A DNA stretch of 64,000 nucleotides, taken from the NCBI RefSeq assembly GCF_009914755.1, contig NC_060936.1, one strand, 5' to 3'. The notes beneath the pieces were generated by a model that searched no databases, was not told where the DNA came from, and was given only the letters and a program-made list of their open reading frames with translations. Source of the DNA: the human T2T-CHM13v2.0 reference genome, Homo sapiens. This document shows, one piece after another, positions 50,097 through 64,000 of this stretch. Both the position numbers and the translations under genes were made by a program. Position 1 is the first letter of the stretch. Each line of letters begins with the position of its first letter.

Positions 50097-51231
50097 GCGG
50101 ACTTGCTTCATGAAATTTCCCGATTTACTTCCCTTCTGTGGGCCTGTTTCCCCATCAATTTATTTTTTTGAAATGGAGTCTCGCTGTGTCACCCAGGCTG
50201 GAGTGCAGTGGCGCAATCTGGGCTCACTGCAACCTCCGCCTCCTGGATTCAAGCATTCTCCTGCCTCAGCCTCCCAAGTAGTTGGGATTACAGGTGTGCA
50301 CCACCACGCCCGGCTGATTTTTGTATTTTTAATAGAGACAGGGTTTCACCATGTTGGCCAGGTTGGTCTCGAACTCCTGCCCTCAGGTGATCCGCCTGCC
50401 TCGGCCTCCCACAGTGCTGGGTTTACAGGTATGAGCCACTGTGCCCGGCCTCCTCATCATTAAAATGAGCAATTGAGACTCCACCAACACTTTCATGTCC
50501 CTTTCAGCTAATTTCTCCTAAAGATCATAAGCAGAAATGACCAAGAGAGGATCCATCAGTTTTCTGAAATTTGCTGGAAAATTTACACTCAGGTTTCATG
50601 GTGCAGGTTTCTATTAAATAGGTCAGTGATGCTCTGCTTGGGTTTAGCAGTGAGGAGCCCTTTGTGTTCCTGGCTCTGTTGGATGAACCAGCATCCCAGT
50701 ATGGGAGAGGAATGAAGGAGGTGATTTCACATAGGGATTAGTGCTATTAAGAAAGCAAAACTAGGAGGCTGAGGCAGGAGAATCGCTTGAACCTGGGAGG
50801 CAGCTGTTGCAGTGAGCCAATTGATCTGGGATCACGCCACTGCACTCTAGCCTGGGTGACAGAGCCAGACTCCATCTAAAAAAAAAAAAAAAAAAAACAA
50901 CAACAACAACAAAAAAAACAAAAAACCTAGGGCAGGCAGTCATGGCGGCTCAAGCCTGTAATCCCAGCACTTTGGGAGGCTGAGATGGGAGGATTGCTTG
51001 AGCCCAGGAGTTAAAGACCAGCATGGGCAACATGGTGAAACCCTCATCTCTACAAAAAAAAATTTAAAAATTAGCTGATGTGGTGTGTGCATGCCTGTGG
51101 TCCTAGCTACTCAGGAGGCTGAGGCAGGAGGATCAGTTGAGCCCAGGAGGTTGAGGCTGCAGCGAAGTGACATTGCACCACTGAACTCCAGCCTGGGTGG
51201 CAGATCAAAACTCTAAAAAATAAAACAAAAC

Positions 51232-52095
<864 letters not shown>

Positions 52096-53773
52096 AAACT
52101 AGATAAAGTGATTGAGAGGCATGATGATGGCTGAGATGCTTTAGAGAATGTGGTCTGGGAGGCTGTCTCCGGAGATGACATTGAAGCTAAGACCGAAAAG
52201 AGGCTGTCACTGAGATCTGGAGGGATGGTCCCAGGAAGGAATAATGGTGAGAACACAGGTCCTGAGCTGTGTGAGAAGCAGAAAGGCAGCCAGGGTCACT
52301 GGACTATAGAGAGTTTGGGGCCAGTGCTAGGAAATGAGTCAGAGAGAGAGGCCAAATCTGGCTTGTATATGTGGTGGGGAAAACACTTTGTGCTTAAGAA
52401 GTAATTACCACTAAAAAAAACAAGAAAACAAAAAAAGATGGTGAAACCCCATCTCTGCTAAAAATAAAAAAATTAGCCAGCTGTGGTGGCACAGACCTGT
52501 AATCCCAGCTTCTCGGGAGGCAGAGGCTCAAGAATCGCTTGACCTGCAAGGCGGAGGTTGCATGAGCCAAGATGGCGCCACTGCACAACAGCCTGGGAGA
52601 CAGAGAAGACTCCGTTTCAAAAACAGAAAAGAAAATCAAAAACAATGTTGAGTGACCGAAGAACCTGAACGGGCACAGAGTTAGAAGCTTCAGGCAAAAA
52701 GGAAATATTACCTGTTATTTAATATTTTGCTCCTAACTTGAGCTGTAAACCCACATCTTCCAAGGGCCCAAACTCACATCCACCCACAAGGTCACGTTAC
52801 TTTTGTCCCAACTCAGAGGTGAATTAATAGAAAAAATAACTATGTTAGCTGCCGTCCTGAGATTCACTCCCCCATCATTCTGTTGGTGGTGCACTTTTGA
52901 AAGTGCCTGTCTTGCTAGGCCTTGGGGCTACAAAGGGGAAGGAGGCGGGCAGGGTTTATGCAGAAGGTTGACTTCAGCTAAACTGGAGTGGAGGGCCATT
53001 TAGTCACTTCGTTCTTTCTTTTCCTGGCTGTGCAGAAGCAGAATAAAGGCTGCTATTCATGCTTTGATGTTTATTCAGACCAGGCGTTTGTTGTCCTTCA
53101 CCTCAGGAAGGATTGCTGGGGGAAGAAAAAGAAAAAAGCAGAAGTTGCTTGAAGACATCTTCTGCCTTGTGAAAGCTTAGTCTCCTTGAGGAAATGATGC
53201 TGGTGTCCTGGACGGGCGGGGAGGGAGGTTCCCTTGGTGACTGAGAGTCCCTGTGATCTAATCAGCAATGAGCAGTGAGGACTGGATGTTCTCCTCCAAA
53301 ATCTCTGCCAAAGACCCCGGAGACCACCTTCAACTGACCCTGGACACTTGGTGAAGGAGTTCCCCAAATACGTAAATCTGGAGTTCCCATCAGCCTGGCA
53401 GAATAGGAGGTCAGAATTAGGTAAGACTGAATTTAAAGAAAAAAAGAAGGGGTTCTATTCTTGCACAAGTTGGTCATTGTAAAGCAACACCCCATCTATA
53501 AGTAATGGTGCTAAATCCTCATGAATGTATTGGCCTGGGAAGCACAGAATCCTCTGGGGACATATAGGTGGGGACCGATCCCAGATCAGAGGTCAGGGAA
53601 AGCCTTCTCGTGCCTTCCAAGCCCATTCCCTGTTGAAAAATGGCAAGGTCCAGACCAAGTTTGCTTTGTGGCTCAGTGTTCTTTTTCATAATGAGGATGC
53701 CAATATGGGTTGTGAATGGAATTAAAAGAGTTAATACACTTTCAGCGTTTTTAAAGCAGTGTCTGGAACATAG

Positions 53774-54861
53774 TGAGGACTAAGCTCTGATTTTTTTATC
53801 TTGCCCAAATTCCTGTCTAAGGGGTCTGGGAGTCATGCCCTACAAACCATAAAATCCCATCAGATGGGTTTTATTTGACACTGTATATCGTGACTTACCT
53901 TCCAGTCTGACTCTGGCATAACATTATGAGACAAGAAAAAAAATCAAAATATTTAACCCCAAAACATGCTTCTGTGCCATATCTTGAAATGGCCCTGCAG
54001 AGCCATCCTTTGTGGGAGGAAAATCTGCATCTGTAAAGAATTTCTGCCGGGCCTGGTGGCTCACGTCTGTAATCACAACACTTTGGGAGGCCAAGGCAGG
54101 TGGATCACTTGAGGTCAGGCATTGGAGACCATCCTGGCCAACATGGTGAAACCCCGTCTCTACTAAAAATACCAAAATTAGCTGGGCGTGGTGGCACACA
54201 CCTGTAATCCCAGCTACTTGGGTGGCTGAGGAAGGAGAATTGCTTGAACCCAGAAGCAGAGGTTGCAGTGAGCTGAGATCACACCATTGCACTCCAGCCT
54301 GGGCAACAGAGGGGGACTCAGTCTCAAAAAAAAAAAAAAAATCTCCATTAACATAGCTAGATCTTTTTCTTCCATGCCCTCCCAATCCTGAAGAGATTAA
54401 CTAAAAGTCTAGCACCTTTTAAAGATCTGAAGAGGAAAAATTTGTCATTTATTGTTTCTAAGGGCAGCCACCGTAAGACTTCAAAGGAACGTTGGTCTCC
54501 ACAGTCTTTTATCTTAACTTGAACATTTCCTTTCTATGGATCCCAGGTCTTAAGACAAGCCTCAACCAATTGTCAGCCAGAAAATGTTTAAATTGACCTA
54601 TAGCTTGGAACTGCCCTTCCTCCCCGCAACCCCCATGCTTTGAGTTGTCCTGCCTTTCTGAACCAAACCAATGTATTTCTTAAATGTATTTGATTGATGT
54701 CTCATGCCTCCCTAAAATGTGTAAAACCAAGCTGTACCTCGACCTCCTTGGGCACATGTTCTCAGGACCTCCTGAGGGCTGTGTCACAGGCCATGGTCAC
54801 TCATATTTGGCTCAGAATAAATCTCTTAATATTTTACAGAGTTTGACTCTTTTCATCAACA
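53774..54861 (+). mobile_element. ERV1 LTR, MER4D-like, with an Alu insertion (~54045-54340)
   Basis: Starts tgaggactaagctctgattttttttatcttgcccaaattcc and ends aataaatctc...tcatcaaca. Confidence 0.75.
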
Positions 54862-55796
54862 ACAGTTGTGAGCTATTAATCAGCATAATGGGCCTTAGTT
54901 AGCAAGGTGGGAGAACGGAGGGGGAGGCGTCTTAGGCAGAGCGTCAACCAATGGGATGGGAAGAGACCATCTCTTCCAGAGCTGAGAGTCACGCAGCCTT
55001 CACAGCACAGAATCCTGTAGATCAGCGACTCTGCCTCCGGAAGAGCATGGGGCACAGAGGATGTGCCGAGGAGGGGGAGCCATTTTGCCCCCAGGGCCGT
55101 TGGGCAAGGTCTGGAGACATACTTCGCTGTCACCACTAGTGTTGGGGGCTACTGGCATTGAGTGGGACGCCACTCCACACCCTGTAGTGCACAGGGCAGC
55201 CCCTCCCCAAGAGTGACCCCGCTCCACATGTGAACAGGGCTTTGCTGATGAACCCTTCTCTAGGTGGGGTCAGGAGATGTGGCTGGAGAGGGAGACAGGG
55301 CCACGCGACACCTTCAGTTTTGTGCCAAAAACAGGATTGCACCATGAAAGGCCATGAGATTTGTGTGTAGTTGAAAATCATGTATGTATTTGGGTTTGGC
55401 ATATTTAAGAAGTAAAATGAACAGGACTTGGCAGTTGAGTGTGGGGAATGAAGGAGAGAAAAACCTGTGATTTCCTTCATGATAGAGGGAAAATACTGGG
55501 AAAAAAAGACAGGAAAATCTAAAGCTTCTGCTGTCTAGTAGTTTTTTAGAAGATGTAGGTGACAGAATGGAATAATGTGTTTCTTGGGCAAAAAATCTGG
55601 GGGATCAATAACTTGAGAATTGATGTCGTATTGTCTGTGTGTCACGTTAAATATTCTTCAGTATAAAGTGTTCAGGGTGTGTAAGTTTCCTTTAAGTATA
55701 ACCTGTGAGCTGCTAGCGAGTATTCTGAATACCCTAATGTGGCACCTACACTCTAGAGATGTCTCCTAAGCAATGTAACATTAGCAACCCACGTCA

Positions 55797-56198
<402 letters not shown>

Positions 56199-57878
56199 TC
56201 ACCTGCTGGGCAGCCCTTGAGGGGTTGCCAGCTCTATTTGGTCTTGCATCCCTGCCATAACCCTCTGTCATCTGGCTTAACTAGATTGGCTAGTGTGGCT
56301 GCCAGTATGGTCCAGTGTGGACTCGATCCTTCGGGCAGGGTGCTTGGAGAACACAGAGAGTTCTGCAGCCCAGCAGAATAGACCGTTTTGTGTGTGTGTG
56401 GCTGAATCTGGAGTGAGAGTTCCTCTCATTGTAGGGCACACCTGGTGGTGAGGTTGGAAGGAAGAGGTCAGAAGGGTCCCCACCCCCCTCTGATCCCCTG
56501 AGAATGAACATTTGCCAGGAGAGCCAGGCCGTCCTCACGGAACCGGGGAAATTGGTCTAGGTCAGTTTCTAACGGTGAAGTTCAAAATTAAAAGCAGCTC
56601 TGGTAAGTGAAAAAATAGAGTCTGACACCTAGAGAACCAAGTTCATGTCACCTGTGGAGGGGGATAAACTGCACAAGGAGTGGATGTAAAAAATATTCAC
56701 GCCGAGAGTAAGTTGTGGAGTTGTTTCAAAGGGTGCCCCCCCGTTATGCTAAAACAGGAGGCTAGTCCTTGGAAACACTGAAATCATCTTCTAAAACCAG
56801 GGCGACAAACTGCTGCCTGCCCGGGGTGAAACGCAGCCTCCCTGCCAGTTTTGTAAATAAAGTTGTAGTGGCCCCAGCTATACTATTATACGCTTACGTG
56901 TTGTTCACATTTCTGCTTTTGCTTCTCAGGGGCAGAATGGAGTAGTTAGAACAGAGGCCCTCTGACCCACGAACCCAAAGGTATTTCCTCTCTGTCTGCT
57001 TCCAGGAAAGGCCTTCTGACCCGTGCTCTACATCTTGATATCAGATATTCACTAGATAACTGAGTTGCATGCCTAGGGTATTGTCTGCAGAGCTGCCAAG
57101 GGTACTGGGGAAATGCGTGAAGATGGTCTCGGGAAGAGAACAAAATAGAGCATTTGGTCCTCCTCGGCCCAGAGCAGGGAAGCCCAAGGGGCAGTTCAGT
57201 CCAGCCAGGAGTGTGTTGACATCAGAATGATGGCAAATGTTGTCACACTCATAGCTGGACTTGGTGCAGCGGGGTGGTGACTGTGTGTTTGTTGTGTTTC
57301 TCCATCTGGAACGGAGAGGGCAAAGGTGTGTTTGTCGGAATGGGAAGCATTTTAGATAATGGGGGCAGATCGGAGCACTACAGGACACGGACCAGAAAGG
57401 AGAGAAAGCGAAGGAAGAAATGCAAACATCCTTTGCATCCAAGGCAGTACTTTCCCTTCCAGGCCCGGCTACTTTCTGGCCGCATCATTCTGAATTCTCT
57501 GTGTCAAGCATTTGGGAAGAAAAAAAAAGTATGAGGAAAAGTTTTCAGGTTTTCTAGATTTTCTTTTGAGGAGTCAAAGGAAAGTGTGAATGCAGATGAA
57601 GTTCAGACAAGGAGGCTATTTTATTTTTTCTGCCTTCCTTGGTTTTGTTTGTTTTTTGAAGATCTTGTTACTAATTTTTCCACGTCCAAAGATAGCCATT
57701 GAGGCCAGCCGCGGTGGCTCACGCCTTTGATCCCAGCATTTTGGGAGGCTGAGGCAGGCAGGTCACTTGAGGTCAGGAGTTTGAGACCAGCCTGGCTAAC
57801 ATGGTGAAACCCTGTCTCTACTAAAAATACAAAAATTAGCTGGGCATAGTGGTGCATGCCTGTAATCTCAGCTACTCA

Positions 57879-58211
<333 letters not shown>

Positions 58212-58639
58212 TCACTTGAGCCCAGGGAAGTTGAGGCTGTGATGAGCCATGATGGCACCACTGCACTCCAGCTTGGGCAGCAACAGAATGAGACCCTGTA
58301 TCACACAAAAAGAAAGTTGTTAATATCTTCATTCAGCAGATATTTTTTGAGCGTCTCCCATGGGTACAGTGCTGTGTAGGCGCTACACACAGAGCCGGCG
58401 TCAGCAGTCCCTGTCCTCAGGAGGCAGCCGCTCAACCACAGACAGCTTGCGCACATCAGCTCGATGCTAAGCATTGTCACTTGGAAGACAAGTCTAGCAT
58501 TCTAGCATGGAAGACAGACACAAGCACGTAATTACCCAAACATTTGTCTGATTGTGATACGATCAGTGCTATGACAGAGAAGTGTAGGGTGATGACAGAG
58601 AGAGGACTCTGAATAGAGCCGACCTAGTTCCAGAGGGCG

Positions 58640-59405
<766 letters not shown>

Positions 59406-59406
59406 A

Positions 59407-59973
<567 letters not shown>

Positions 59974-61099
59974 TCAGAAAGGAGACAGGCTGGGAAGGCA
60001 GAGGGCCCCGGAAATCCAGAAAACTTAGGGAAGCCGAAGAAGAGGAATTTCCCAAGCAGAAGGGCTGGTTAGCGAGGCTGGATGTTGCTAACAGGCCCAT
60101 CTGCTCAAGACGCCAAAGGGGCAGTGAGGGTTGGCACCTGAAGGTCCGTGGAGATCTTGTCTGATCTTGTTCCGCAGGAGTAGTGGCAGGTGGAAGCCCA
60201 GGAGTGGGCAGCCATGGGAGATGGAGACGGTGAATGTGTGCCACACTTTCATTTCCAGAAGTCCTTTTGCGATGAGCAGGGGAGGAGAGAGTAGAGCCTG
60301 ATTCGGGGAGGATGCTGGGTTGCTGGGGAAACCTTCTAAGGGGCTCGGGCATATTTGATGCTGCCTGAATGTGAGTGGGAAGAGGAAACAGGGAGAGGCA
60401 TGACTGTGGGGGTGGTTAACTCCTGAGCTGTTGGGGAGGGGTGAGCTGGAGAAGGAGTGTGGCCTCTGCTGGGACCTCAGGGAGAGGCCCAGAGGCCTGC
60501 ATGTGCCAGAGGGGTGGGCATGGTGGGGGGCACTTGACGGTGTGCCTGTCTTGCAGCTGTGACTTTCTCTGTAGAGGAGGCAAGGCCATGAGCTGCTGGT
60601 AGCAGGACAGATAAGGACCTCAGAGGCTGGAGGAGAGGGAAGGTGTCACCACCCCAGCCCTCCCTGGTTCATTGCCAAAGCCTCTTAGCTTGTCTCTTTT
60701 CACTTTCAACACAGCAGTCAGGCTGAGTCTGGTGAAATGCTCAGCCAGATTGCATCTCTTCTCTGCTTCACATCCAACACACGCCGAGGCTTCTGCCAGG
60801 ACCTGCTATCCTCTGCGCTGTGGGCCCCTCAGTGACATAACCTTCCCAGACCCCTGTGAACTCCCAAAGCCCAGCACATCCCACGTCAGGCCCATAGCAC
60901 CTGCTTTTCTGATATTCTGATATAATACCCACTGATGTTATTTTTTGTTTATTTGAATTTATTTTTAAAATTTACATTGTTACTTTTAGTTTGACAACTA
61001 GTAATTATATATATTTATGGGATACCATGTGATGTTTTGGACTATGAATACATTGTGGAATGATTATATCACGGTAATGAACATGTCTATCACCTTGAA

Positions 61100-61961
<862 letters not shown>

Positions 61962-62217
61962 TGATCCACCCGCCTCAGTCTCCCAAAGTGCTGGGATTAC
62001 AGGTGTGAGGCACTGCGCCCGGCAATTGTACTTATTATTTTTTGTAGTGAAAACATTTAAAATCTTTTTTTAAGCAATTGAAATATACAGTATGTTATTA
62101 TTGATGATGGTCACCATGCTGTACAAGCTATTCCTCCTCCTGCCCCCCACCAAGCCCCCCAACAGCCTCTGGGAACCACCATTCTGCTCTCTACTTCTGT
62201 GTGCTGGACTTTGTTAG

Positions 62218-62709
<492 letters not shown>

Positions 62710-62757
62710 TAGAGGAGATTTGCAATTTTCTGGCTCATTGACCTTTTCCCTGCTCTA

Positions 62758-63051
<294 letters not shown>

Positions 63052-64000
63052 TCAAAAAAAAAAAAAAAAAACAGAAAAAAAAAAAAGGAAAAGAAAAAAA
63101 AGAGAGTTGGCACCTGGAGGGCAGGGATTTGTGCATGTTTTGTTCTTTACTGAACCCTCGTTGCCCCAGCGGTGCTGGGCATACAGCAGGTGCGCTTGGT
63201 CACTGAAAATGCATGAGAGGTTCCGACGCAGTAGTGAGCAACTTGGGATCCCATCTCACAGATCTCCACTTACCCTCTGCCTCGGGGGTCCCCCAGCAGG
63301 CGCCAGTGCCTGGGGCTGCCATGGAGAAAGCTGACCTGGAGACTCTCCAGGGCTGGCGTTGTTCCAGATGCTCACACGCTTACTACAGAAAGACTGGGGG
63401 ACGGGAGTGGTTAAGGTGTTGACAAGAAAGTAATTGAAATGGCGGAGCATGGAATCTCCCCAGAACTGGGAGAAAAGCTCGGAGGGACTGTGGGTCCGAG
63501 GGGGCAGAGGTCAATGGTCTGGAATTCCGAGGAGGCCAAAGGACTCATAATGGAAGGATTGAGGGGATGAGAGACTGCGATGGATTGTGTATAAACTAAC
63601 AATAAGGGCGCTAAGCTATTACTGTGGTGTGGCTTAGAGATCTTCAGCCTTGAGTAATTGAATTGAAAGCTAAGTTGAATTGAAAACCCAACCTAAATTG
63701 TCTTGGACAATAAAGGGAATGTAATGGCTTTTGCCATAAGAAGGCTGGAGGCAGGGCCTCCTCAGGGTGGTTTTCCAGCAGAGGACAGGGACAGGAGTCC
63801 ACTTATCTCCGTCTCCTGCATCTGCTTCCCTCTCCTGGCAGAATCTTCTCGCCAGCCCCTCCTGGGTCTCCCTGAATCCCAGGTCAGGCCCATGGAGAAC
63901 CTCTGAGGTTGAGTCTCTGAAAACACGACCCAGGTCCCAGAATTGAACGTCTAGGGGTGGGTGTGTGGAGAGCCGGATGTTTTGATTGGCATGAGCCTGC

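Overview
Human (primate) genomic DNA, recognisable as the SLC15A4-GLT1D1 divergent locus. On the minus strand are SLC15A4 (endolysosomal POT/PTR-family transporter PHT1) coding exons 1-5 (ATG at 19924; codons 1-419 plus one base), all with GT-AG boundaries; later exons lie left of the window. On the plus strand is GLT1D1 coding exon 1 (ATG 49238) and part of its long intron 1. Each gene starts in its own CpG island, about 29 kb apart. The rest is dense in Alu, L1, MaLR/ERV LTRs and MER DNA transposons, and almost every other ORF in the track is an Alu or simple-repeat artefact. Five structures stand out. (1) A ~2.3 kb, ~42-copy, CpG-rich 54/55-bp minisatellite has grown from an internal segment of a nested MLT1 LTR and carries an ATG-initiated 826-codon minus-strand ORF. 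(2) An Alu-spacer-Alu block appears to have been copied locally from ~27.8 kb into an L1 at ~34 kb. (3) Two same-orientation MER41A solo LTRs bracket the GLT1D1 promoter. (4) A long hairpin lies 2.5 kb upstream of SLC15A4. (5) GLT1D1 has upstream-ATG and tandem-donor features. I see no clear evidence of a new gene system; the findings are hypotheses. Repeat family names come from my recall of consensus sequences, and repeat coordinates are approximate.
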